A DNA stretch of 55,087 nucleotides from NCBI GenBank assembly GCA_046482545.1, contig JAWOEX010000002.1:1-55087 (forward strand). Reading direction: 5' to 3'. The stretch comes from Candidatus Thorarchaeota archaeon (GTDB lineage Archaea > Asgardarchaeota > Thorarchaeia > Thorarchaeales > Thorarchaeaceae). The position numbers and the translations under genes were made by a program. The notes below the pieces were generated by a model. The model was not told the DNA's origin. It did not search any database and was given only the letters and a program-made list of their open reading frames with translations. Positions 27,783 through 36,778 of the stretch are shown piece after piece; positions within the stretch are counted from its first letter, which is position 1; each line of letters starts with the position of its first letter.

Positions 27783-30437
27783 TTGAATACCATGGAAATA
27801 GAGACTCTACAGGAGAAACTGAAGGTCCTCAGTAACCGATATGCAATCAGAATTTTACAGGTGCTAAGCCCAAGAGAAGGAGGAGTGGTACGCAGTTGGG
27901 GCTGGGATGATTTAGCAAACGGAATCCTCCAGCTCCAAGGGTACTCACAGCCGAACACAGCGTATGAGGAGAAGACCGAGGTTCAAGCTCAGTACGAAAA
28001 AAGGAAAGCAAAGATAACTTCCGGAGGGACACTCTATGAGACAATGGCCAAACTCGTCGAAGAAGGATTGGTGCTTGAGGAAGGAGAGAGACGCAAGAAG
28101 AATCGTGCTTTCCGAATTACCCGAGAAGGCCGAATGACTCTTTCGGCCCTGCAGGCTATGGAGGGGTCACTTGGTGCAACAACAGAATTGCAGAAAACAG
28201 CAGAGAGGCTATTGAAGCATAAGAACTTCTTGGGGCTCCTTCCGGGTCAGCGGCAATTTCTTGTAGAAGTGAAGGATTTAAGTGGAAACATGGTCATTCA
28301 AATGGGATCTGGTGCTGGGAAGACGTTTCTTGCCATAATCCTCCTGCTTTCTCGAATTCGTGATGGGGCGAAGTGTGTATATTTGGCACCCTATACATCC
28401 CTTCTCCGGCAGATACTCGATGAATATGGTATGCTCTTTGAGCAACTCGGAATCGATGTCGCAAGGCTAGACGGAACAACTCGACCAACACATCAACAGC
28501 TGAAAAAAGCCGATCTTGTGGTTGCTATCTACGAATCCTTCCTCTCAGCAATGATGGCAAATCGCGCATGGACAAAAAGCATTGATTTGGCTGTAATCGA
28601 TGAGCTTACTGAGTTGGATGGAGGGAATCGATCACTTCGAGCACGATATCTGGGAAACGCCCGCAGCACCAGACTGGACTGTCTCATAGCAATTCTCAAA
28701 GAGCAGGCCAATCTTGTTACACTTTCCGCCAGATTTGGAGGCACCCAGAAAGTAGCAGAATGGCTAGATGCTGCAGTATTTCATCCCGACAGAGTTGTCA
28801 GGCCCGAGGAGTTCATTGTCAGCAGAGAAGATAATATACTCAGTATAGAAAGTAGCGACAACTCACAACAGTGGGAAGTAAAGTGCCAAGAGAACATTGA
28901 TGGAATTATTGATTACATTGGTGAATACAAAGATAAGTCCATTCTAATAGTTGTAGGATCCAGAGGGCGGACCGAAAATATCGCGAGACGCTTGGCAAAT
29001 AGGTATCCAAGAGAGATTGAATCTGAAACGGTGGATATGATAGTTGGAAAGGAGGGTAACATGCCAATCGTCCAACGACTCAACAGGAATCTCCGAAAGG
29101 GTGTAGCGTTTCATCACGCAGGTCTTGCATCGGATATCAGATGGCGGCTTGAAAGAAGCATAAAAGAACGAGAAATCAGAACCATTGTATCAACAACAGG
29201 TATTACTGCTGGCATGAGCTTTCCAATCGACATCATCATTATAGTCTTCGATAAATCCACTAGTTATATCGCATCTAGACCCCAGTATCTCCAGATTGCA
29301 GGCAGGATTGGCGAGTACCATCTCGTTGAGAAGGGTGGAGCAGTATATCTCATTCATGAAGAGCCAACAAGGGAACTAGAGGACCATGAAAGCTTGAGAT
29401 CGAAACTCTTGCTGTCACCTCTAGAACTGATTGAACCGTCGGAGATGTATCCCTCACTAATGTTGGGTCTTATTGCGATGATTGCGATGAATCTTCAGCA
29501 ATTCACCATTCAGGATATTCGACATGAGTTCGTGCAGTTGGTGCAGAGAACACTCAAGCATTTCTTGAACGAATCTTATCTCAACACGATGGAGCAAAGG
29601 TTCGACATATTGTTCGATTGGTTGCTAAATCAGGAAATTCTCTCAAAGAGTGAAAACACAATTGCACTAGTGGATGAGGCGAAAAAGGCAATCGAATCGG
29701 GAATGTACCTTATCGACTATGTTCTCCTACGAGATAAGATAATGAACCTATCAGAGAAGAGCACATTGGATGATCTGACGAGCGTACTCCTTCGTTTCAA
29801 TCTTGTTCAATTCCTGCGACCCACAACACGCTTTCCCGAAAAGATTGAATTGAAAACAATGGGGCTGGAGGAGCCAAGCGACTGGTACGCGGATCTAGTT
29901 GAGATGCGCAGCAGGGTGAAAAGAAAGGCAATTCTAGATTGGTCAAACGAACTGAAGATGCCAACTATTATCGAGAATTCTCACAACCTTGCTCAGGAAA
30001 TAAAGATTGGAGGGAAACCCGCAGCGGGGAGTGGACTTGCTGAAGGCGATTTGATTAGGCTTGTAGGAGTTTGTAGCAATCTTGCAGGTGGGATGAGCCG
30101 ATTCCTACGTGCTATTGGCAGGGTCAACTCTGCGGAACAAATGGAGATGTGTTCCGTACGCCTTAGATATGGTGTGAAGCCAGATTTGGCAAGGACAGAC
30201 CTCTTTGAGTTAGAAATACCAAGGGGTACAGAAGCACGGACTCTTACAAGAGAAGAAGCAAGAATACTCTACAACAGAGAATACAAATCAATCCATGACT
30301 TAGTTTTCAAGGATATCGACAGGAAGAAGGAAGGATATGCTAGAGAGCGCTTTGCACAAAATTGCGGTCTTGATGAAGACGAAGGGGTGAAGATCTACAA
30401 GGCTGCGCTCAAATATGTAAGAAGGCAAAATGAATGA
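27783..30437 (+). CDS. Ski2/Hel308-like SF2 helicase with N-terminal winged-helix domain
   Basis: GSGAGKT, IDEL, LSA, FHHAGL, TTGITAGMSFP, QIAGRIG; N-terminal wHTH pattern (TLYETMAKLVEEGLV...FRITREG). Confidence 0.85.
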   Translation: MNTMEIETLQEKLKVLSNRYAIRILQVLSPREGGVVRSWGWDDLANGILQLQGYSQPNTAYEEKTEVQAQYEKRKAKITSGGTLYETMAKLVEEGLVLEEGERRKKNRAFRITREGRMTLSALQAMEGSLGATTELQKTAERLLKHKNFLGLLPGQRQFLVEVKDLSGNMVIQMGSGAGKTFLAIILLLSRIRDGAKCVYLAPYTSLLRQILDEYGMLFEQLGIDVARLDGTTRPTHQQLKKADLVVAIYESFLSAMMANRAWTKSIDLAVIDELTELDGGNRSLRARYLGNARSTRLDCLIAILKEQANLVTLSARFGGTQKVAEWLDAAVFHPDRVVRPEEFIVSREDNILSIESSDNSQQWEVKCQENIDGIIDYIGEYKDKSILIVVGSRGRTENIARRLANRYPREIESETVDMIVGKEGNMPIVQRLNRNLRKGVAFHHAGLASDIRWRLERSIKEREIRTIVSTTGITAGMSFPIDIIIIVFDKSTSYIASRPQYLQIAGRIGEYHLVEKGGAVYLIHEEPTRELEDHESLRSKLLLSPLELIEPSEMYPSLMLGLIAMIAMNLQQFTIQDIRHEFVQLVQRTLKHFLNESYLNTMEQRFDILFDWLLNQEILSKSENTIALVDEAKKAIESGMYLIDYVLLRDKIMNLSEKSTLDDLTSVLLRFNLVQFLRPTTRFPEKIELKTMGLEEPSDWYADLVEMRSRVKRKAILDWSNELKMPTIIENSHNLAQEIKIGGKPAAGSGLAEGDLIRLVGVCSNLAGGMSRFLRAIGRVNSAEQMEMCSVRLRYGVKPDLARTDLFELEIPRGTEARTLTREEARILYNREYKSIHDLVFKDIDRKKEGYARERFAQNCGLDEDEGVKIYKAALKYVRRQNE

Positions 30438-30443
30438 GGCAAT

Positions 30444-30950
30444 CTATCTGGTTTTGCCGAACTGCCAGAGTTCATCGTTAACGTGATGGTGAGAGAGTAC
30501 TACTTTACCACTTTCCGCAGCACGCATTTTTTCAGCATCCATCGTGGCTACACCGATAGCAAGTGGCTTCCCATGACGCTCGTCGACTATTGCCACTACT
30601 TGGCCTTCTTCCACGTCATCGTCCACAGAGACAACACCCGGTGCCATTATATCTGCACCGTTAGCTACGAATTTCACCGCGCCCATGTCAACTGTAACTT
30701 CAGAAATATCAACGATGCCACTCAGGAGAGCACGTAAAGTTGGGTAGAGTGTATCTTTCTCCTCCCAGAATACGATTTCGCCGTTTAATAGAAGCACTCG
30801 CGAATCATCATCCAATATCCCTTCTTCGAAACGGTCTTCGCCGAGATTCTGTACGGAAGACCCCAAAATAGTCCTGATACGTTGTAGTTCTTCCTTGTGT
30901 TCAGTTTTTTTGAGCAAATGGCGCCGCTTGATTCGTTCGAAACTTGGCAT
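30444..30950 (-). CDS. DUF1947+PUA RNA-binding protein (MCTS1/Tma20-like)
   Basis: YPTL, VTVDMGAVKFVANGADIMAPGV, HHVNDELW. Confidence 0.92.
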   Translation of the reverse strand: MPSFERIKRRHLLKKTEHKEELQRIRTILGSSVQNLGEDRFEEGILDDDSRVLLLNGEIVFWEEKDTLYPTLRALLSGIVDISEVTVDMGAVKFVANGADIMAPGVVSVDDDVEEGQVVAIVDERHGKPLAIGVATMDAEKMRAAESGKVVLSHHHVNDELWQFGKTR

Positions 30951-31093
30951 GGTATCATCCCATGCGGAGATGGGCTTTTGAAGGCTACGAAATCGGTCTA
31001 GGTTATATCACCTGTACATTCTTAAGAAGAAAACAGACCTGCCCGCAAAGGTCGGGTTTAATAGGCCTACGGAAGTTTCTCGCTTAGTGATAT

Positions 31094-31354
31094 ATGTTGA
31101 ATGCTGGTAAACCTATGAAAGTTTTGGATGAATCTATTGGTGCCCAGGTTTTGGTGGAGCTAAGACGGCAGCGAAAGATTCGAGGAAAATTGCTCAGCTA
31201 TGACCAGCACCTCAACTTGCATCTTGAAGATGCAGATGAAATCACTACGGACCTAGAAAATGGAAAGGACACAATCAAAGAAATAGGCAATGTAATCCTG
31301 CGAGGGGATAATGTAGTTGTTGTGAGCCCAACCCCGCAGAGGGCTAGAGAATAG
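31094..31354 (+). CDS. Sm-like (Lsm) protein
   Basis: GKLLSYDQHLNLHL, ILRGDNVV. Confidence 0.95.
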   Translation: MLNAGKPMKVLDESIGAQVLVELRRQRKIRGKLLSYDQHLNLHLEDADEITTDLENGKDTIKEIGNVILRGDNVVVVSPTPQRARE

Positions 31355-31472
31355 GTTTTCTCCTAGGTGTAGATGTTCAGTAAACAACGTTTTTAAACCA
31401 AGACTCACGAGCTCATCTCAGTAGCTCGGAGTAGCATGTTCCGATATATGATTCGAATCTGAAGTGGCAACT

Positions 31473-31661
31473 ATGGGTAAAGGAACTCCAGCCAAAGGTA
31501 AGAAAGGCAAGACAACTCACATCCGCTGTAGAAGATGTGGTAGAAGATCATACAACGTCAAGAAGAAGCGCTGTGCTGCCTGTGGGTTTGGTGCTTCCAG
31601 CAAGATGAGAGACCCATCTTGGTCCAACCACAAGAAAGTCAACGGGACACGCGTACACTGA
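31473..31661 (+). CDS. rpl37e: Ribosomal protein L37e
   Basis: [19 protein letters not shown]...CAACGFG. Confidence 0.96.
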   Translation: MGKGTPAKGKKGKTTHIRCRRCGRRSYNVKKKRCAACGFGASSKMRDPSWSNHKKVNGTRVH

Positions 31662-31834
31662 AAATAGACAATTTTCGCGTTTGGTTGACCAATTCAAGTA
31701 AGGATGCTATTTTCCGCCTCCCCATCATCCATTATTGATGGCATTAAACAGAGAATCAGAACAACAAATCTACCAAGAAGGTATAGGTCACATCAGCTCT
31801 CCTTTTCCAAAACCACGCTACAAAAAATGATTGA

Positions 31835-31940
31835 GATGCTGAGAATGGAGGCACGCTTTCTGTGAGGTTCCGACTCAAATCTGGGCGATTGTAGGTACAG
31901 CACGAATCATACTTTCGCCCTGCTCGCCTCGGACAGTAGT
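31835..31940 (+). repeat. Palindromic intergenic repeat, copy A (full)
   Basis: GATGCTGAGAATGGAGGCACGCTTTCTGTGAGG...GCACGAATCATACTTTCGCCCTGCTCGCCTCGGACAGTAGT. Confidence 0.9.
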
Positions 31941-31985
31941 GGCGGCGAAGGAGTACTATACATTCTGATGAGCAATCCCGGCTGA

Positions 31986-32408
31986 TTATTCAAGAAACTG
32001 CAGATCATCATCAAGCATGCCAGTCTCCGTAGCGCGGACAATTTCCGCTTCTCTCCGAGCAAAAACCGCTAGACCATCCAGTACACGGGATGCAGCGACG
32101 GTGAAACAGTCAGGCAGAGAAATTGCAACTCGGCATTTGATCTTTGCATCTTCTCCCCAGACAATCCCTGTAGGAATGATTTGCACGACAGATGACTGGA
32201 TTAGGTTCTCTGTTTCATTCAAAGCGGACATCCAATCCAGTTTCCTGCAAATGATGGACGTGAATTCACTTAGAGCAAGCTCTGTGCAGGCGTAACGGTT
32301 TTCTTCTGAAGACATCTCTTTTGCAAGAGGTTTTGCAGATGGTTCACCGAGCGCCAGCGCAATCAAAACACCTGCATCAAGAACTAAGGCTTGTTGGACC
32401 TCACCCAT
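31986..32408 (-). CDS. VapC/PIN-domain toxin (family 1, copy a)
   Basis: LVLDAGVLIA, E, SLPDCFTVA PIN pattern; overlaps upstream small gene. Confidence 0.88.
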   Translation of the reverse strand: MGEVQQALVLDAGVLIALALGEPSAKPLAKEMSSEENRYACTELALSEFTSIICRKLDWMSALNETENLIQSSVVQIIPTGIVWGEDAKIKCRVAISLPDCFTVAASRVLDGLAVFARREAEIVRATETGMLDDDLQFLE

Positions 32409-32643
32409 TATCAAGGCGCCTCTCGGAGATGAGATCGTTATAGGCAGATTTGAAAGCCACTCCATGTAGTGGGGTAATGAATTCAGTCCAAGCTTCAATG
32501 TCGACTTTCTGCTTGTCGTAGACATCGACTAGTGCCTGAATTACCGTATCGAAGTCAACACGCTCTTGGTTTTTCTGTTGAATCTCACCAGCAATTCTCA
32601 ACAGTTCCCGGCGAGTCGCCTCTTTGATTGATATGGTTGTCAT
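32401..32643 (-). CDS. Putative VapB-type (RHH-like) antitoxin (family 1, copy a)
   Basis: MTTISIKEATRRELL...DFDTVIQAL; 8-bp overlap with PIN gene. Confidence 0.8.
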   Translation of the reverse strand: MTTISIKEATRRELLRIAGEIQQKNQERVDFDTVIQALVDVYDKQKVDIEAWTEFITPLHGVAFKSAYNDLISERRLDNG

Positions 32644-32686
32644 GAGTGATAGGCTATGTTGTGTTCATTGCAATACACATCAATGA

Positions 32687-32701
32687 CTGTGTTGAACACA
32701 G
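32687..32701. promoter_or_regulatory. Inverted repeat, probable antitoxin operator
   Basis: CTGTGTT-G-AACACAG; conserved as CTGTGT-CTT-ACACAG upstream of the paralog (51236-51250). Confidence 0.6.
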
Positions 32702-32951
32702 AATTCGTTTTTTCAGTATAGGGCATCAAGAGAAACCGAAATAATACAGATTTCGGCATAATCCGGGTCGGAAGTGTAAGATAGCTGTAATTTCCTCAAG
32801 ATCCGTTCATGACTGAAGACAAGAGGATTTTATTAGATCAGCTACGAGACTCCCTTTCAGTAGGGCTAGGCAAGTGGGCTAGTGCGGTAGCGCGAAGCAC
32901 ACCCAGCATTTGAGAGAGTAATTTTATCTATCCTTTTCTTATTTCAGACAT

Positions 32952-34088
32952 ATGGTCAAATTCAAGGGTTTTCAGTTCTCTATAAGCGAGTTCGCCGGAA
33001 GCTTGGGCGACTTCGGAACATTGATGCCATTCACGGTTGGTTACATAGTCCTCTGCGGCTTCAAACCCACAGGGCTAATGTTAGGGATTGGACTGACCAA
33101 TATACTCCTAGGCCTCATCTACAACCTCCCCTTGCCAGTCCAACCTCAGAAAGTGATTGGGACGGTAGCTCTAGCTGAGAAGTGGGCCATGAGACGGGTT
33201 CTCGGAGCAGGGTTCGCCGTAGGGTTAATCTGGGTGATATTATCATTATCAGAAAGGCTCAGGGACATCTTGGAGAGAATTCCCAGCAGCGTAGTCAGGG
33301 GGATCCAATTAGGTTTGGCCTTCTCTCTCGCTCTGACCGCGGGCAGTATGATGGAAGATAGTCTAATTCTTTCTTTGGCAGTCTTGGCTCTGGGACTGCT
33401 ACTTCTCCGAAGCAGATACCTCCCATCCGCCATATTCCTGATGCTTTTCGGATTCATCTATGCAACAGTAACGGGAAACCTCAATCTAGGACAGATAACA
33501 ATAGGCCTGTCACTACCAGAGGTAACCCTCTTCTCCCTAGGCGACATGGTCTATGGATTCCTCTATGCAGGCTTAGCTCAGATATTCCTGACACTGACTA
33601 ACGCTGTGGTATCAACAGTAGCCCTTATACATGAGCTATTCCCCGATAGAAAAGATGTCACTCCCCGGAAGCTGATAGCCAACATGGGAGCCATAGATAC
33701 CACTACCCCCTTCATAGGAGGGATGCCACTATGCCATGGAACTGGAGGGTTGGCGGCGCAATATCTCTTCGGTGCGAGAACTGGAGGATCTATGCTGATT
33801 GAGGGCGTTATAGAGATAAGCCTTGGATTATTCTTCTCCAATAGTCTTCAAACAATATTCGAAGCTTTTCCCGACTTCATCATAGGTGTGATGTTACTAT
33901 TAACCTCACTCGAACTTGGCAGGATTGCATTCAAGATAGAGAAAAAGAATGAGATACCCGTGCTGCTATTTACAGCGTTGATATCCACCGTCCTGAATAT
34001 TGCATACGGATTCATGGCAGGAATACTACTCTACTTAGCACTGAAAAAAGACATAGTAAAACTTGAACCAGAGAAAACCAAGACATGA
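32952..34088 (+). CDS. Putative molybdate/sulfate transporter (MOT1-like)
   Basis: EFAGSLGDFGT, PLPVQPQK, MPLCHGTGGLAAQYLFGAR; multiple TMs. Confidence 0.88.
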   Translation: MVKFKGFQFSISEFAGSLGDFGTLMPFTVGYIVLCGFKPTGLMLGIGLTNILLGLIYNLPLPVQPQKVIGTVALAEKWAMRRVLGAGFAVGLIWVILSLSERLRDILERIPSSVVRGIQLGLAFSLALTAGSMMEDSLILSLAVLALGLLLLRSRYLPSAIFLMLFGFIYATVTGNLNLGQITIGLSLPEVTLFSLGDMVYGFLYAGLAQIFLTLTNAVVSTVALIHELFPDRKDVTPRKLIANMGAIDTTTPFIGGMPLCHGTGGLAAQYLFGARTGGSMLIEGVIEISLGLFFSNSLQTIFEAFPDFIIGVMLLLTSLELGRIAFKIEKKNEIPVLLFTALISTVLNIAYGFMAGILLYLALKKDIVKLEPEKTKT

Positions 34089-34195
34089 ATCCTATGTTTT
34101 GTAGATTATCGCCTAAAGATCATTGTTTGTGGTAAGTAGCATTACATATAATGGATTAGCAGGGGAAGGGTGGAACACAGAAGCTTCATGCAGTT

Positions 34196-34366
34196 GAGTG
34201 AACCCAACTGTAGGCACCTCATCAAGGACATAATCAGTTGTTATGCGCATTCCGTACTCTGGTTGCTTCAGTTTTGTGAGAGGTCCTTAGCTCTGGTATG
34301 ATTCTTATCACGTGAGTTGAGGTATGCAATGATAACATTGCTGTCTAAGATAACGGCCACGTTCAG
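34196..34366 (-). pseudogene. VapC/PIN toxin remnant (family 2, decayed copy)
   Basis: High nucleotide similarity to the 5' part of 41421-41852; start TTG>CTG, 1-nt deletion near 34285, 3' two-thirds missing. Confidence 0.85.
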
Positions 34367-34374
34367 CTGCCACC

Positions 34375-34650
34375 CTAAACGATTTCATCCACTCTTGATG
34401 AGAGGTTCTCACTGCTAGGTCCCAAGTCCTCGGCCAAGGAGAGAACCTCTTGGATGGTCTTATCGGTCAGGGGAACTTCGCCCGCCTGTATTTCACTAAC
34501 GATACGATCGTAGTTTTCCGTGCCGATTTTGAACACCAGTTCCAGGATTTCCTTCTTGGTGAACCACTTTCCGGTATCAAGATAAACGCGAGCCTGTAGC
34601 TCTTCCAAATCAGCTTGTAGGTCAAACGTCACTGTTGACACTGGACACAC
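34375..34650 (-). CDS. Antitoxin (family 2, copy with premature stop removing YGGS)
   Basis: Near-identical to 41849-42136; TAT>TAG change four codons before the paralog's stop. Confidence 0.75.
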   Translation of the reverse strand: MCPVSTVTFDLQADLEELQARVYLDTGKWFTKKEILELVFKIGTENYDRIVSEIQAGEVPLTDKTIQEVLSLAEDLGPSSENLSSRVDEIV

Positions 34651-34651
34651 C

Positions 34652-34668
34652 CGGTAACTTAGTTACCG
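34652..34668. promoter_or_regulatory. Perfect palindrome, probable antitoxin operator
   Basis: CGGTAACT-T-AGTTACCG directly upstream of start; paralog has GTAACT-A-AGTTAC at 42142-42154. Confidence 0.65.
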
Positions 34669-34783
34669 AAATTGTATACAGGTCTGTAGAAGTTTCTGGG
34701 ATTCCTATAAGAGATGAGATAACAAGATAGAGGGGGCACGCATTCGAGTCTATTAGCCAAAGTAGTATTGTAGAAGACGCGAT

Positions 34784-34828
34784 ATGTTGAGGAATGAGGG
34801 GCGCTTTCTCTGAGGGGCAGACTCAAAG
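34784..34828 (+). repeat. Palindromic repeat, copy B (left arm only)
   Basis: ATGTTGAGGAATGAGGGGCGCTTTCTCTGAGGGGCAGACTCAAAG. Confidence 0.85.
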
Positions 34829-34937
34829 CTCGAATGTGTGAGGCATTATCTCATCAAGATTCAGATTCCAAATCTATATGAGGTTTAGCACTGAATTGTG
34901 CACAAGTCCGTACGTAATCTTGGGGCGCGCAGCAAAT

Positions 34938-35438
34938 ATGGATAAAGACCACAAAATCACAGGATACCTCATACCGGTGTGTATCGTCATCAGTACGCTC
35001 TTCACACCATATGCCGTCCAAGAATATCGAACAATGATTTTTGCTCATGGATTTATCTGGTATTTTCCGTTCTGGAGATTTTACAATGGCTATGATGAAA
35101 GAGGTACGTTCGCATTTGTCAGAACATTTGGAATGGGATTTCCTTTTGTTCAGCTGGAACCACTGATTACGGGCGTGATTCTTGGAACAGGGATGGTCCT
35201 AGCAGGAATTATGCGAGTAGTAGTAAATGACAGCAACAAGTATTCTATGGAATTGGCTTCAGTAATCGCAGCGTTGATAATCGAAATTGGTATGCCAATT
35301 CTTGCAACACTAACTATGGAAACCGATATGGCACCCTCGTTCTTAACGGGGTTGGTGCCTGTTCCAATCCCTGCTATACTTGCAATCATTGGACTTGTCT
35401 ACATTCATAGAGGTAGGGTTGATTCTCATTCGCTTTGA
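34938..35438 (+). CDS. Hypothetical multi-pass membrane protein
   Basis: About 4 hydrophobic segments, C-terminal VPVPIP; start set at MDKDH. Confidence 0.7.
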   Translation: MDKDHKITGYLIPVCIVISTLFTPYAVQEYRTMIFAHGFIWYFPFWRFYNGYDERGTFAFVRTFGMGFPFVQLEPLITGVILGTGMVLAGIMRVVVNDSNKYSMELASVIAALIIEIGMPILATLTMETDMAPSFLTGLVPVPIPAILAIIGLVYIHRGRVDSHSL

Positions 35439-36705
35439 TACAAATGAGACCTCTAACTATGGTTATACATACTCATCGAACTTCCCCACAGTCGATGCAT
35501 ATAATTCAACCCTCGGTGGATCACCGGACTGTTTTGTGACCAAGCTTGCAAGTGATGGCCAGTCACTTGTTTATTCCACATTCCTAGGAGGGGGAAGCAA
35601 TGAATGGGGACAGAGTATTGCGGTTCAAGATGGCTATGCTTATGTCACGGGCTTCACGTACTCATCAGACTTTCCCACCGTCAATGCATATGATTCGACG
35701 CATAATGGTAGTAGTGACTTTCTCGTGACCAAGATTGCAACTGATGGGCCGTCACTGACTTATTCCACCTATCTAGGAGGTAATAATGATGATGAAGGGC
35801 AGGATATTGCAGTTGAAAATGGCCATACCTATGTCACGGGCTACACATGGTCATCAGATTTTCCCACCACCAGTGCCTACAATTCGACTCACGGGGGCAA
35901 TAGAGACTGTGTCGTAGCAATCCTTTCTCAGGACAGCGATTCCGATGGATTGCTGGACTGGGAAGAGGATATTTTCTACGATTGTGACCCGTATTGCATT
36001 GACACGGACAACGACAATTTCCTTGATGGCTATGAAGTAGAGTATGATACCAACCCGACAAATCCAGCAGAGTACCCAGCCATGCCACAGGTATGGTACG
36101 ATAAAATCTACGAGAACCTTGATGGGAATGCAACCCTGCTTCAGCAAGTACTTTCTTGGCTTGACGGAAACCATAGAGCCATCGAGACGCTGTTCACGTA
36201 CGTGGAAGGAAATGCCACGCTTCTGCAGGAGGCAGTTGTTGCTCTGGATGGAAATGCAACCCAATTGGGCCTCGTCGCGGCTCTGGCAACAGACAATCAA
36301 GAATGGTTACAGAGTCTCAATTCCACAGCGATTGGAAACATCACTGAAATCAGAGAGGTGCTTGACCAACTAGGCGTAACTGTTGGCGATACTGATTGTA
36401 ACGGGCTTGATGACCTAGATGAGATCGCTGAGGGCACAGATATTCAGTGCATAGATACCGACTGCGATAACCTGAACGATGCCTATGAAATCGAAATAGG
36501 TACCGATCCCTTGGAGAAAGACACAGACCAAGACGGTTATGACGATGGCCATGAGATTATGAGCGGAACTAATCCGCTTGATGCTGCGGACCACCCCGGA
36601 ACGGGAGTATCGACTGTCATATTGGCAATGGCCGGTACTGCTGCGATTGTCGTTTTGATAGCAATCGTCCTGTTCATTTTGTGGAAGCAAAGAGCGAGCA
36701 GCTAG
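35380..36705 (+). CDS. N-terminally truncated SBBP beta-propeller repeat protein with DxDxDG (TSP3-like) Ca-binding repeats, coiled segment and C-terminal TM anchor
   Basis: Repeats YVTGxTxSSDFPT..AY.STH.G..D, DSDSDGLLDWEE, DTDQDGYDDG, hydrophobic tail plus KQR; similarity begins mid-repeat at about 35461, no signal peptide. Confidence 0.75.
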   Translation: MQSLDLSTFIEVGLILIRFDTNETSNYGYTYSSNFPTVDAYNSTLGGSPDCFVTKLASDGQSLVYSTFLGGGSNEWGQSIAVQDGYAYVTGFTYSSDFPTVNAYDSTHNGSSDFLVTKIATDGPSLTYSTYLGGNNDDEGQDIAVENGHTYVTGYTWSSDFPTTSAYNSTHGGNRDCVVAILSQDSDSDGLLDWEEDIFYDCDPYCIDTDNDNFLDGYEVEYDTNPTNPAEYPAMPQVWYDKIYENLDGNATLLQQVLSWLDGNHRAIETLFTYVEGNATLLQEAVVALDGNATQLGLVAALATDNQEWLQSLNSTAIGNITEIREVLDQLGVTVGDTDCNGLDDLDEIAEGTDIQCIDTDCDNLNDAYEIEIGTDPLEKDTDQDGYDDGHEIMSGTNPLDAADHPGTGVSTVILAMAGTAAIVVLIAIVLFILWKQRASS

Positions 36706-36709
36706 AGAT

Positions 36710-36758
36710 AGTCATACATTCCGTCTGCCCGCCTAGGACAGTACTAGCGGTGAGCTGA
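36710..36758 (+). repeat. Palindromic repeat, copy C (right arm only)
   Basis: AGTCATACATTCCGTCTGCCCGCCTAGGACAGTACTAGCGGTGAGCTGA. Confidence 0.85.
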
Positions 36759-36778
36759 AAACTCAACGATAGAGAATT

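Noticed and set aside
8954-28744. Numerous antisense ORFs of 60-200 aa overlapping housekeeping genes
   Set aside because: Antisense shadows of well-supported genes; no motifs.
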